A stretch of DNA of 58,601 bases from an archaeon. Lineage in GTDB: Archaea; Nanobdellota; Nanobdellia; Pacearchaeales; GW2011-AR1. Below the pieces are notes generated by a model. It searched no databases, was not told the origin of the DNA, and worked only from the letters and a program-made list of their open reading frames with translations. This document shows positions 16,290 through 26,658 of this stretch, piece after piece. Positions within the stretch are counted from its first letter, which is position 1, and each line of letters starts with the position of its first letter. The position numbers were made by a program, and so were the translations under genes. Location: positions 335,661 to 394,261 of the forward strand of contig JAYONY010000001.1 in the NCBI GenBank assembly GCA_038121585.1, in the 5' to 3' direction.

Positions 16290-17932
16290 AAGTAACCGGT
16301 AGAATTTGGATTCTTGCATTAGCTCTGATTTTCTCAACTATTACTGTAATCAACGCTGATGCTTCAACTAAGCTCATGATTTTTGTATTGGGTCTTTTGA
16401 TTCCTGTAGCGCTTGGCTCTGTAAACTCAAAAAACATTAAGGGATTCGTGGTCATTGGTAGTGCAGTCCTCATTGTATGGCTTATCATGAACTCGGTACA
16501 GGCAGGTGTGTCTATTCGGGCTGTTGATCAAAACTCAAGTGCTTTTGAACAAGGCTTGCGTCAGGGGCAGATTATTATTGCTGTTAACAATCAACCTATA
16601 GTGACTGTCGCGGATTATGCAACCGCATTCGAAGGATTATTTAGCAGCGGTGAGGCTCAAAGAGTTGATATAACAACTGATTCGGGGACGGTAATTCTTT
16701 TCACTGATGAGCCACCAGCGCTTATTGTAGAAGAAATTCCTCGTACTAATATTAAAACAGGGCTTGATATTAGTGGAGGTGCAAGGGCATTAGTCCAGCC
16801 AGATCAGCAGATTACTGACTCACAATTAGATGATTTAATTGCTGTAAGCCGTAATCGATTTAACGTATTCGGTATTTCTGATGTACAGCTCCGTGGGGTG
16901 AGTGATTTGAATGGTAATCAATTTATGCTTGTTGAGGTTGCGGGAGCAACTCCTGATGATCTAGAGAGTCTTATCGCACAGCAAGGTAAGTTTGAGGCGC
17001 GTATCGGTAATCAAACGGCTTTTGTCGGTGGCGATGAAGATATCACAAGTGTCTGCCGTAACGATGCAACGTGTGCTTCAGTCACTGGTTGTTTCCAATC
17101 GGGTGGTGGATATGCGTGTAATTTTGCATTTACAATTTATTTAAGTCAGGAAGCAGCACAACGGCACGCAGATATAACCTCTGATATTTCAGTTGATTTT
17201 GAAGGCGGCGGACAATACCTGACTGAAAACCTTACGTTAGTGCTAGATGATACTGAAGTTGATGCTTTGCGTATTAGTCGTAACTTGCAAGGACAAGTAA
17301 CAAACCAAATTTCAATTCAGGGATCTGGTTCAGGACTAACACAACAAGAAGCGTTAGCACAGGCGCAAGCGAATATGAATGAGCTACAGACCATTTTGAT
17401 TACGGGTAGTTTGCCTTATCAGTTGAATATTGTTAAGTTAGACACTATCTCACCAACGCTCGGTCACCAATTTAGTACACTCGTATTACTTGCTGGTGGT
17501 GCTGCAATCCTTTCTGTAGGGGTTATTATCTTTGTACGGTATCGTAAGGTAAAATTATCGCTTGCATTACTCTTAACAGCATTCTCTGAATTGCTTATCA
17601 TTCTTGGTATTGCATCATTTATCAAGTGGAACTTAGACCTGCCTTCAATAGCAGGTATTTTAGCTACTATAGGTACTGGTGTTGACCAACAAATTGTTAT
17701 TTTAGACGAGGCACGTTCAGGTAAAGACGGCGGAGTTGGTAGAAGAATTAAGCGAGCACTATTTATTGTAATGACTGCGTACGTAACATCCTTAGTCTCG
17801 CTCATGCCTCTGTATTGGGCTGGAGCTGGTTTATTCAAAGGATTTGCGATTACGTCAATTATTGGCATTACGGCCGGAGTATTTATAACGCGTCCTGCCT
17901 TTGCAGACATAGTTAAGAAACTCGAGGTGTAA
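16286..17932 (+). CDS. secD: Protein-export membrane protein SecD with PDZ-like insertion
   Basis: GLDISGG, ILITGSLP, ISPTLG, IGTGVDQQIVI, FKGFA..TRPAF; ATG 16286 overlaps the secF stop (ATGA). Confidence 0.92.
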   Translation: MKVTGRIWILALALIFSTITVINADASTKLMIFVLGLLIPVALGSVNSKNIKGFVVIGSAVLIVWLIMNSVQAGVSIRAVDQNSSAFEQGLRQGQIIIAVNNQPIVTVADYATAFEGLFSSGEAQRVDITTDSGTVILFTDEPPALIVEEIPRTNIKTGLDISGGARALVQPDQQITDSQLDDLIAVSRNRFNVFGISDVQLRGVSDLNGNQFMLVEVAGATPDDLESLIAQQGKFEARIGNQTAFVGGDEDITSVCRNDATCASVTGCFQSGGGYACNFAFTIYLSQEAAQRHADITSDISVDFEGGGQYLTENLTLVLDDTEVDALRISRNLQGQVTNQISIQGSGSGLTQQEALAQAQANMNELQTILITGSLPYQLNIVKLDTISPTLGHQFSTLVLLAGGAAILSVGVIIFVRYRKVKLSLALLLTAFSELLIILGIASFIKWNLDLPSIAGILATIGTGVDQQIVILDEARSGKDGGVGRRIKRALFIVMTAYVTSLVSLMPLYWAGAGLFKGFAITSIIGITAGVFITRPAFADIVKKLEV

Positions 17933-17936
17933 ATGA

Positions 17937-18374
17937 ATGCTTCCACGCTGGCATATAGCACTAGGTGCACTATTCACAATTATTATCTGGGTTGCTGCTC
18001 CAGCAACTAACCCTTTGTATTTGGGAATTCTTTTCGCAGCTTCGTTCCTGATTGATTTCGATCACTATGTTGTAGCAGCAATAAAACAAAAAAAAGTGCA
18101 TCTCAAACATGCTCTTGCATATCATCGTAAAATTGCAAGGGAAGAACACGCCTTACATAAAAAAGGAATTCGCAAAAAGGGAGATTTTCACCTCTTTCAC
18201 ACCGTGGAATTTCATGCACTAATCGCGATAGTTGGTATTTTTTTCCTACCTTTTTTCTATATGTTTATTGGTATGATGTTTCATTCACTGCTTGATTTAG
18301 GGGATTTACTACACAAAAATAGGTTTTATCGACGGGAGTATTTTCTGACGAATTGGTTACGCAAGCAAATATAG
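17937..18374 (+). CDS. Membrane-bound metal-dependent hydrolase-like protein (YdjM-like)
   Basis: WH, LIDFDH, LFHT, FHSLLD motifs in a hydrophobic protein; GAGGTG upstream. Confidence 0.6.
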   Translation: MLPRWHIALGALFTIIIWVAAPATNPLYLGILFAASFLIDFDHYVVAAIKQKKVHLKHALAYHRKIAREEHALHKKGIRKKGDFHLFHTVEFHALIAIVGIFFLPFFYMFIGMMFHSLLDLGDLLHKNRFYRREYFLTNWLRKQI

Positions 18375-18447
18375 GTGTTAAAAAATACTCCAAAACTAGT
18401 AATAATGTCACAGGTATCTTTATTAACGAAAGATTTGTAAGTGTCTC

Positions 18448-19491
18448 ATGAAAAGAGCACTTATAACTGGTATTACCGGACAAGACGGCTCCTATCTTGC
18501 AGAATTATTGCTTGAAAAGGGATATGAGGTGCATGGAATCGTGCGAAGAGTTGCTGCCGAAAGTGAGCAGGATAGGTTTAGCAGAATTAATCATTTCAAG
18601 GATAAGATTACTCTTCATCCAGGCTCTATAGAGAATTATGCTCGCATGGTGGAGATTATCGATGAAATAAAACCTGATGAATGCTACCATTTAGCAGCAC
18701 AAAGTTTTGTTCATGAATCCTTTCAAGATAGCTTTTCAACATTTATGGCTAATGTGCAAGGAACACTTAACTTGCTCAATGCAATTCATAAAAAACATGC
18801 GAGTTGCAAGTTTTATTTTGCTGCAACTTCAGAAATGTTTGGCAAAGTGCAAGAAAGTCCACAATCTGAAAGGACCCCGTTCTATCCGCGTTCACCGTAT
18901 GGAATTACTAAAGTTACGGGCTTTGAAATTACGCGTAATTTTAGAGAGGCGTATGGGATGTTTGCGTGTTCTGGAATTCTATTTAATCACGAATCTGAGC
19001 GAAGGGGAAGCGAATTTGTAACACGTAAAGTAACAAAAGCAATTGCGCGAATAAAAAACAAAAAAGATAATGTTCTCGTGCTAGGTAATCTTGATGCTAA
19101 GCGTGATTGGGGTCATGCAAGGGATTATGTTGAGGCAATGTGGCGTATGCTTCAGCAAGAAACTCCTGATGATTATGTTATTGCGACAGGTAAGGATCAT
19201 ACAATTCGCCAATTATTAGAAGTAGCTTGTACACACTCAGGTTTAGAGTATGAGATGGTTGATGCACGAAATCTAACTATTGAAGAGGCAGATGCAAAAG
19301 TGACTGAATTACGTAAAAACCCTGATACAATGTATGTTGTTCAGCACCCTCGATTTTATCGTCCTGCAGAAGTTAATGAACTTCTAGGCAACCCTGCAAA
19401 GGCTAAAAACGTTCTTGGCTGGGAGCCTAAAATTTCTTTTGAAGAGATGATTCGAAGAATGATTGACCGAGATATGCAGCTACAGGCCTAG
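18448..19491 (+). CDS. gmd: GDP-mannose 4,6-dehydratase
   Basis: ALITGITGQDGSYL, PFYPRSPYGITK, GILFNHES, GNLDAKRDWGHARDYV, YRPAEV. Confidence 0.96.
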   Translation: MKRALITGITGQDGSYLAELLLEKGYEVHGIVRRVAAESEQDRFSRINHFKDKITLHPGSIENYARMVEIIDEIKPDECYHLAAQSFVHESFQDSFSTFMANVQGTLNLLNAIHKKHASCKFYFAATSEMFGKVQESPQSERTPFYPRSPYGITKVTGFEITRNFREAYGMFACSGILFNHESERRGSEFVTRKVTKAIARIKNKKDNVLVLGNLDAKRDWGHARDYVEAMWRMLQQETPDDYVIATGKDHTIRQLLEVACTHSGLEYEMVDARNLTIEEADAKVTELRKNPDTMYVVQHPRFYRPAEVNELLGNPAKAKNVLGWEPKISFEEMIRRMIDRDMQLQA

Positions 19492-19530
19492 TGGCATAAT
19501 TCTTAAAAACGACTTTTCAGAAAGCTAGGT

Positions 19531-20325
19531 ATGGCAAAATTTACCCTTGTCACTAAAAAGTCTAAAAAAACTGCTACTTCACTTATGGAGCCTGCGAGGC
19601 CAGGGGGCCTTCTTATTTCAATTATTATTCCTACGTATAATGAGGAAGGGAATATTGCAGATTTAGTCCGGGCAATTCAAGAGAACATGCGCGGTGCTAA
19701 CATAAAAGAGTATGAAATCATTATTGTAGATGATGCTTCAAAAGATAAAACTCCTGCTATTATGGGGGAATTAGTACGTAAAAACAACAATATTATCGGT
19801 TTGCATCGGGAAGGGAAGAAAGGGCTTTTTTCAGCTGTATGTGATGGTATATTCATCGCTAGTGGGGAATACGTGCTCACTATGGATGCTGATTTTTCAC
19901 ATCCTCCGGGGCTTATTCCAATAATGATTGAAGAAAGAGAAAAGTATGATATTGTTTCAGGGTCGCGATTTGTTAAGGGCGGGGGTATGAAAGTTCCTGC
20001 TAGAAGGCGTTGGGGTGCACGAGGCATTAACGCTATTTGCGGATTTATCATGGGGGTTTCAGTAAAAGACTTAGGCGGTGATTTCCACTTATTCAAGCGC
20101 AGTGTTTTTTTGGATTTGCCATTACGCTATCCTGCGCAATTTGGAGAGTTTAGTTTTGAAATTTTTCTTCGCGCTCAAAAAAAAGGACTTTCAGTGATTG
20201 AAATACCTTTTGTTTATAAGGAGCGTATTGAGGGGGATTCAAAAATGAGAAACGTGATGAAATTTGCGTTTATATACATACAACGTGCTTTTTTATTACG
20301 TTTTGAAAACTGGGTGAGGAAGTAA
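19531..20325 (+). CDS. GT2, polyprenol-phosphate glycosyltransferase (DPM1/GtrB/ArnC-like)
   Basis: IPTYNE, VDDASKDKT, MDADFSHPP, GSRF, ERIEGDSKM. Confidence 0.88.
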   Translation: MAKFTLVTKKSKKTATSLMEPARPGGLLISIIIPTYNEEGNIADLVRAIQENMRGANIKEYEIIIVDDASKDKTPAIMGELVRKNNNIIGLHREGKKGLFSAVCDGIFIASGEYVLTMDADFSHPPGLIPIMIEEREKYDIVSGSRFVKGGGMKVPARRRWGARGINAICGFIMGVSVKDLGGDFHLFKRSVFLDLPLRYPAQFGEFSFEIFLRAQKKGLSVIEIPFVYKERIEGDSKMRNVMKFAFIYIQRAFLLRFENWVRK

Positions 20326-20355
20326 GTTTATTAGGGGTTACTTCTCAATGGAATA

Positions 20356-20742
20356 ATGGGCATTATAAGGTCATTCACAAAGTTTGGAATTGTAGGGCTT
20401 TCAGGTATCGGTGTAAATCTAGCGGTGTATTCCCTAGTTATTTATCTCGGAGGGTGGTATGTTTTCGCAGCAATATGCGCATTTTTAGTCGCTGTAACCT
20501 CAAATTTTTGTTTGAACTATACGTGGACGTTTAAGGGTAAAGCAACATCAAAAAGTTTGCGAAGAAAATACACTCTTTTTTTCTTGTTTAATCTAATAGG
20601 TCTTGCGTGTAACACTGCACTACTAATCTTTTTTGTTGAGTCACTAGGATTACACGAAATACTTGCACAATGTATTGCAGTGGGATGTGTTAGTGTTATT
20701 AACTTCTTTTTAAACTACACAATAACGTTTCGCTCATCATAA
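20356..20742 (+). CDS. GtrA-family small flippase-like membrane protein
   Basis: KFGIVG..G..VN, SNFCLNYTWTF, NFFLNYTITF; 4 TM. Confidence 0.9.
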   Translation: MGIIRSFTKFGIVGLSGIGVNLAVYSLVIYLGGWYVFAAICAFLVAVTSNFCLNYTWTFKGKATSKSLRRKYTLFFLFNLIGLACNTALLIFFVESLGLHEILAQCIAVGCVSVINFFLNYTITFRSS

Positions 20743-20774
20743 GTATTTATAAATGCCTCGAGGGTGAGGTGTGT

Positions 20775-22241
20775 ATGGAACAGAAAAAAAATCTAACACA
20801 AAAAGATATCGTCATTATCGGGGCTGTATTGCTTGCAATGATCACGCTTACGTTTGTAACAAAGTATCAGGGGGGTAATGATGTATTAGATTATGCTAAT
20901 GTTGCTAAGTTTTTTGCAGGTGATCTTAATGCTAAAATTAGGACTTCTCATTCATACTTATACGGGTTTATACACGCTCCTTTTGTTGGGATCACGCAAA
21001 GTTTTCTCATTTTCAAATTCACCAGTCTTGCTCTACTTTTTGGGATTGTTTATTCAGTATACGTGCTAAGTGATCGTAATAAGTATGCCTTATGGCTCAT
21101 TCTTGTAGCTCCTATAATGTGGTATATGGCTCCCTGGACAAGCCCGATTCAGGCTGCAAGTCTTTGTTTTATATGGGGGTATTACTGGGCTAAAAAGTAT
21201 GGGGTTTCAAACAAACTGCGTGAGCTTATCTATGCAGGTTTATGTATTGGGTTAGGGCTAGCGTTTTGGGACCCAATAGTCTTTTTTGGGGTTTTCTTAC
21301 TGATTCCCGTACTGTACTCAACTCGCGTATGGCATGCAGCTATGGCGGTGCTAGCTGTAATGATTGGTATGCTCCCTCGTTTAGCGCTTGACCAGTACTT
21401 GTTTAATTTCGCATTCTTTAATTCCGTAAAGTACTCAATTGCCTTTTTTGCACACTTTCTATTTGGAGGGTTTTATGGAGGGGCCAGTGACGGGGGGCTT
21501 GCAAGGTTTGTAATGGTGCTACTATTCTTTCCGATTTATACCTATGTTCTTTTCAAAAAAGAACATCGTAAAAAGAACGTGTCGCTGCTAGTATTGCTAG
21601 CTCTTTCGGGCATTACATTTATTTTTAACGCGCAAGTACGTTTTGCACTTGTACTTGTCCCAATTACGCTTGCAGTTCTCACTCCTTTACTTTCTAAAAA
21701 GCAAGTCATTATTCAAGGGGCTATTTTTGCCTGCCTTACTCTTATTGTTATTAATCCCTATATTTTGCAAATATCGCATGATACAAATGTTATTGATGTT
21801 GATGCAGCACTGAATCATTTCGGATCGATTTATATTCGCGAAGGGTTTCTTCGTGAGGAGGTGCGCCAAGATCTTGAAATAATTACTGAGCAATATCCTG
21901 GGGAAGTATTCCTTGCTGGAAATCGCGACGATACGTATGCAGTTTTCGCGAATCTCTATTGGGGTGATGGTGTCGAGGAATTTGTAAGTGTGCAAGACTA
22001 CAACCTTGAAGTAGAGGGCAATCCTGACATTTTTAGCAAGGAATATTGTACATCTGCAAATATTGCGTATCGGAGAGAGATTTGTGCTGAAATGAGTATT
22101 AAGAAAACAACTGATGATACGACTGATTATGGGGCTATTAGGTATGCTATTAGTGAGGAGCCGTCTTTAGATGTGGAAGGGTTTGAATTGGTAGAGTCAT
22201 ACACACAACTACATCTTTTTAGGAAGATTGAAACTGAGTAA
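20775..22241 (+). CDS. Polytopic membrane protein, probable GT-C glycosyltransferase
   Basis: Acidic NDVLDY after TM1, ~11 TM, soluble C-terminal domain; follows the GT2-GtrA pair; GAGGTG before ATG 20775. Confidence 0.55.
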   Translation: MEQKKNLTQKDIVIIGAVLLAMITLTFVTKYQGGNDVLDYANVAKFFAGDLNAKIRTSHSYLYGFIHAPFVGITQSFLIFKFTSLALLFGIVYSVYVLSDRNKYALWLILVAPIMWYMAPWTSPIQAASLCFIWGYYWAKKYGVSNKLRELIYAGLCIGLGLAFWDPIVFFGVFLLIPVLYSTRVWHAAMAVLAVMIGMLPRLALDQYLFNFAFFNSVKYSIAFFAHFLFGGFYGGASDGGLARFVMVLLFFPIYTYVLFKKEHRKKNVSLLVLLALSGITFIFNAQVRFALVLVPITLAVLTPLLSKKQVIIQGAIFACLTLIVINPYILQISHDTNVIDVDAALNHFGSIYIREGFLREEVRQDLEIITEQYPGEVFLAGNRDDTYAVFANLYWGDGVEEFVSVQDYNLEVEGNPDIFSKEYCTSANIAYRREICAEMSIKKTTDDTTDYGAIRYAISEEPSLDVEGFELVESYTQLHLFRKIETE

Positions 22242-23313
22242 TTTCAGCAATGATGTGGGATCGCTGTTCTTCTGTCATTTCAGGATAGAGCGGTATTGAA
22301 AGTAATTCTGTAGATGCTTGTTCGGCAACTGGTAAATCGCCTTCTTTGTAACCTAAATATGCAAATGCAGGTTGTAGGTGGAGTGGTATGGGGTAATGCA
22401 CTCCTGAAGCTATTTCTTTTTGTGCAAGGTGGTCTTTGAGTGCATCTCGTTGAGGTGTTCGAATACAAAACATGTAGTATGCTGAATCAACATTTTCAGG
22501 TATTGTTTGTAATGTAAGTTGTTGTCCTAATGATCTAGAGTATACAGTAGCATGTTCGCGTCGCTTAGCTATCCACTCAGGTAAATGTGCTAGCTTAACG
22601 TCTAAAATTGCTGCTTGTAAAGCGTCCATGCGATGATTGAACCCTTCGCTTTCATGAACGTACTTGCTGGTGCGGCCATGGTTGATGAGTTTTCTACATG
22701 CCTCTGCTAGTTGTGCATCATCTAGCACAATTGCTCCTGCATCGCCCATTGCTCCAAGTACTTTTGCAGGAAAAAAACTAAAGCATCCAATACCTGATAC
22801 TGGTACTGGTACTCCTTTGTAGGTTGCGCCATGTGCTTGAGCACAATCTTCTACGACAAGCAAGTCATGTTCTTTTGCTAACGCATTAATAGCATCCATA
22901 TCGCTCACTGCACCATACATGTGTACTGGAAGGAGTGCTTTTGTCTTTGGAGTGATTGCTTCGCGCATCTGAGCAACATCAACGAGCAAGGTGTCTTTTT
23001 CAATATCAACAAAAACAGGTGTTGCTCCGAGCATTGATACCGCAAAAGCAGTTGCTGCAAAAGTATTCGTTGGCATTATTACCTCATCCCCTGGAGAAAT
23101 GCCCAGGGCCTGTAATACAACGTACAGTGCACTAGATCCGCTCGAAACACCTACGCAAAGCTCGCGCTTACAAAAACTCGCAAAGTTTTTTTCAAAAGAT
23201 GCTAAAGGGGCACCCATAATAAATTGGGATTTTGCAATCACGGTGTTAATTGCTTCTTTAATATCAGTCTCTATTGGTGCGTGTTGTGCTGCAAGGTCAA
23301 CTAAGGGAATCAT
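22219..23313 (-). CDS. DegT/DnrJ PLP sugar aminotransferase (WbpE-like)
   Basis: EDCAQAHGA, FSFFPAKVLGAMGDAG, HYPIPLHLQPA. Confidence 0.93.
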   Translation of the reverse strand: MIPLVDLAAQHAPIETDIKEAINTVIAKSQFIMGAPLASFEKNFASFCKRELCVGVSSGSSALYVVLQALGISPGDEVIMPTNTFAATAFAVSMLGATPVFVDIEKDTLLVDVAQMREAITPKTKALLPVHMYGAVSDMDAINALAKEHDLLVVEDCAQAHGATYKGVPVPVSGIGCFSFFPAKVLGAMGDAGAIVLDDAQLAEACRKLINHGRTSKYVHESEGFNHRMDALQAAILDVKLAHLPEWIAKRREHATVYSRSLGQQLTLQTIPENVDSAYYMFCIRTPQRDALKDHLAQKEIASGVHYPIPLHLQPAFAYLGYKEGDLPVAEQASTELLSIPLYPEMTEEQRSHIIAEITQFQSS

Positions 23314-23786
23314 TGTACGTCCTCGATTCTAAGTATTTTTGCAGGGTTACCTACTACGACGGCCCTATCTGGAACGTCTTTAGTAACGACTGAACCAGCG
23401 CCTATTTTTGCACCCTCTCCGATAGTTATGGGAAACAAAGTTACATTGCTCCCGATAATAGCTCCTTTTTTAATCAGTGTTGGTTTCCATGATTCTTTAG
23501 TTCCGGTACGCTTAAATGAAGGGGGATTCAGATCATTAATTGTCATGACTCCATGCCCGATAAAAACATCATCTTCAATAGTTACTTTATCGCAAATAAA
23601 TGAGTGGCTTGAGACGGTCACATTATTGCCAATCGTAGCTCCTTTCTGAATCTCAACAAAGGTTCCAATTGTAACATGATCTCCAATCTTGCATCCATAC
23701 ACGTTTGCATGATGCCATATTTTTGTTCCAACTCCCATTGTTACATCATTAACAATTGCGCTAGGGGAAATAAAAGATTCAGTCAT
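23310..23786 (-). CDS. Hexapeptide-repeat N-acetyltransferase (WbpD/WlbB-like)
   Basis: KIWH, VFIGHGVMTINDLNP, GAGSVVTKDVP..VVGNPA. Confidence 0.9.
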   Translation of the reverse strand: MTESFISPSAIVNDVTMGVGTKIWHHANVYGCKIGDHVTIGTFVEIQKGATIGNNVTVSSHSFICDKVTIEDDVFIGHGVMTINDLNPPSFKRTGTKESWKPTLIKKGAIIGSNVTLFPITIGEGAKIGAGSVVTKDVPDRAVVVGNPAKILRIEDVQ

Positions 23787-23809
23787 ATATGAAAATTGGT
23801 TTGTATTGC

Positions 23810-24898
23810 TTAATAAATTTGACGGGAAGGGGTTTCTTCTTCTTTTTGTGTTTCTTGAGTTGATGTAGTAAGCGGAAGGTGAATTTCCTTTCCGGTTTTA
23901 GCAGAGAGGTGCACTGCTTCTATAATTTCAACTGTTTTTCGCCCACCATGGCCATCAACAATGCTTGCTTCTTCATCACCAATAATTTTACGTATTGCCT
24001 GGCGGAATACTGCATCGTGTTTTGATGCAGAACCTCTGTAGGATCCATAATCATTAGCGGGTGATTGTTCTTCTAATTGCTTAGGTGGAGGGCTGCCTGC
24101 AACGTTCCAGTGTTCAATTTTGTTAAGGTATTCCCCTCCTACTTTTACAGATCCTTTTTCTCCAAGAATAGTGAGTGATCCTTCAATATTATGGTCATAT
24201 GCACATGTAGTATAGTAGATGGTTCCAATAGCTCCTGATTCAAATCGAAGAATGACTGCGCCAGTGTCTTCTGCTTCGATGTCGTGTGTAAATGTGTCTG
24301 TTTGTGCAAAAACGCTTTTTACAGGGCCTCCAATCCACTGTATTGTATCAAGAAAGTGTGATGCTTGTGTTGAGAGCGCTCCTCCATCAAGGTCAAGTGT
24401 CCCTCTCCACGCTTCTTCTTCATAGTATTCATTTCTACGGTTCCAAATAACATTTGCAGTAATAGTATAGAGTTTTCCAAAAAGACCTTGGTTAAGTGCT
24501 TCAGAAACTGCGCGTATTGGGAGGTTGAATCTATTTTGTTTAACTACGAACAAGTGTTTTCCAGATTCTGTAGCCGCTGCAATCATTGCATCTGCATCAG
24601 CTACTGATAAGGACATTGGTTTTTCACAAATAACATGTTTTCCGGCTTTGAGTGCTGCAATCGTTGCTTCTGGGTGGTGGCCTGTTGGGGTACAAATGGT
24701 GACTACATCAAGATCGTCTAATGCGAGTAAATCCGCATAATTTGTAAAATATTGAGTATTATGTGTTTCCCCTGCTTTTTGTGCTCGAGACTCTATGATA
24801 TCTGCAACGCCACGAATACGCACTCCGTCCATCTTTGAGAGGAATGACAAGTGCCGTGTTCCAATTTTTCCACATCCAATAACTCCAAACTGTACCAT
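23810..24898 (-). CDS. Gfo/Idh/MocA sugar dehydrogenase (WbpB/WlbA-like)
   Basis: GCGKIG, CEKPM, VKQNRFN, WRGT..LDGG...QASH. Confidence 0.9.
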   Translation of the reverse strand: MVQFGVIGCGKIGTRHLSFLSKMDGVRIRGVADIIESRAQKAGETHNTQYFTNYADLLALDDLDVVTICTPTGHHPEATIAALKAGKHVICEKPMSLSVADADAMIAAATESGKHLFVVKQNRFNLPIRAVSEALNQGLFGKLYTITANVIWNRRNEYYEEEAWRGTLDLDGGALSTQASHFLDTIQWIGGPVKSVFAQTDTFTHDIEAEDTGAVILRFESGAIGTIYYTTCAYDHNIEGSLTILGEKGSVKVGGEYLNKIEHWNVAGSPPPKQLEEQSPANDYGSYRGSASKHDAVFRQAIRKIIGDEEASIVDGHGGRKTVEIIEAVHLSAKTGKEIHLPLTTSTQETQKEEETPSRQIY

Positions 24899-24937
24899 AA
24901 AATCTAGGGTTCTAAAGGGGTTAAAAAGATATTGGTG

Positions 24938-26116
24938 CTACTTTGTACTGAGTACTGTATTCATTATTTTGATTAATTGGGCTCCAATTTTTTTTTCAGA
25001 ATAGTTGTTTGCTGAAGCAATAATTGCTTTTTTAGAAAGCTTGGTTGCAAGTGCTTGTTCAATACTTGCTCCAAAATCTTCAACACTGTACGGCTTAGCT
25101 AAGAATCCTGTTTTCCCATGGGTGACTGTTTCAGCAGGTCCTGCATTGTCAGCCCATGCAATTACAGGACATCCGCACGCCATTGCTTCAATAGGGGTTA
25201 GTCCGAAGTCTTCTTTTGGTGCTGTCATAAGAAAACAAGATGCTCCACTATAAAGTGCCACAAGATTGTCGAGTGAAACGCGGCCAAGAATTTTGACTCT
25301 CGTTGCAATGCCAAGTTCAGCTATGAGGTTTTTGATTACTTCTTCTTCCTCTATTGTTCCAGAAATAACCATTTGTACATCAGCATTATTCTTTGCTACA
25401 TTGGCAAATGCACGTACTGCTTGATCAGGGCGCTTATCTTTAATCATTCGCCCGTGTAATAATACGTATTTGGAGGTAATGCCTAGTTTTTGTAGTGCTT
25501 TTTTTCGTTTTAGAGGCGACATTGGTTTGAATGTTTTTCCGAGTGGAGGGTATAACACGATTGGCTCAATGTCATAAATTGAGCGTGTTCGTTTTGCAGT
25601 ATAGTTGCTATTCACAAAGACACACGCTGCATTTCTGATTGCTTTTTTATCTTTTCGAGCTATGAATGGGCCCATAAAGAGTCCTGCCACGTATGCGCAA
25701 AATCGTGCAGGATTATTTACCCATGCAAGATTACGCCCATAAATGAAATTAGGTGGGTGGTGTAAGAAGACAGCATAGGGTGTTTTTGTTTTTTTCCAAT
25801 GGGCGTATGCTAGTTGTGATGTCATATAGCTATGCGTAATAAGGGCATCAGCCCCTGTAAGCTTGACTGTTCCTGGAAGGGCAAATGCAGTGGTGTATCG
25901 AAGAAGTTCTCCCTTGCGCTTTACAAGAGGTTTCATATCGGTGTTAACCGTAAAGCCGAGAAAGTCTGAGATATTAGGTGCTTCTTGCTCATCAACATGA
26001 ATGAATTTGAGTTGAGTTGTGTGTGTTTTCTCAAGGGCTTGTGCTTGAAAAAACATTACTCGCTCAAGCCCGCCTACTTCTTTTAAGAAATCATATAATA
26101 TTTGTATTGTTGCCAT
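24938..26116 (-). CDS. GT4 glycosyltransferase
   Basis: GGLER, NSNYT, EDFGLTPIEAMACG. Confidence 0.92.
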   Translation of the reverse strand: MATIQILYDFLKEVGGLERVMFFQAQALEKTHTTQLKFIHVDEQEAPNISDFLGFTVNTDMKPLVKRKGELLRYTTAFALPGTVKLTGADALITHSYMTSQLAYAHWKKTKTPYAVFLHHPPNFIYGRNLAWVNNPARFCAYVAGLFMGPFIARKDKKAIRNAACVFVNSNYTAKRTRSIYDIEPIVLYPPLGKTFKPMSPLKRKKALQKLGITSKYVLLHGRMIKDKRPDQAVRAFANVAKNNADVQMVISGTIEEEEVIKNLIAELGIATRVKILGRVSLDNLVALYSGASCFLMTAPKEDFGLTPIEAMACGCPVIAWADNAGPAETVTHGKTGFLAKPYSVEDFGASIEQALATKLSKKAIIASANNYSEKKIGAQLIKIMNTVLSTK

Positions 26117-26658
26117 TAGTATATCGCACCTCTAAGGGCGTCGGTAATAGCTGCATGTACAGCCTTTAAAGGTTTAGTAGTCTCAACCCGAATGATTGAT
26201 GCTTCAGCATGCTTTGCAAAATACTGTTCATATAATGCAGTTTTTTCTATATGAAATAATTCTGAATGATCATTGTCTCGCTTGAATGTTTGTTTTGGAT
26301 CACTCGCTAGGTAGAATGTAAGGTGTGGTTTTGGAACAGGGAGCCTAGTGCGAAGCGGTGTTTTACGATATGCTAGTTTAACTGCGGTGTCGTGCGAGTA
26401 TCGATCAAAGATTATTGCATCATAAAAGAGATATCGCAGTAAGAACGCATATATTGTCATGGTGTCTTTAAGTTTCACCAGTAGGGGGTGCGGTCCTTTT
26501 TTCCCCTCTGATAAATCGCTATTCGAAGTCCCTGGCAATTCCCATGCTAAGTGTACCATCTTCACGCGTTTGTTTTTTTGAGTTAGTGTTTTTTGTATAT
26601 GGCGTGCAGCGCTTGTTTTTCCACTACCGTCAATGCCTGAAACAGTAATTATTTTCAT
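26116..26658 (-). CDS. Thymidylate-kinase-like P-loop kinase
   Basis: GIDGSGKT, FDRY, PKPHLTFYL. Confidence 0.8.
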   Translation of the reverse strand: MKIITVSGIDGSGKTSAARHIQKTLTQKNKRVKMVHLAWELPGTSNSDLSEGKKGPHPLLVKLKDTMTIYAFLLRYLFYDAIIFDRYSHDTAVKLAYRKTPLRTRLPVPKPHLTFYLASDPKQTFKRDNDHSELFHIEKTALYEQYFAKHAEASIIRVETTKPLKAVHAAITDALRGAIY

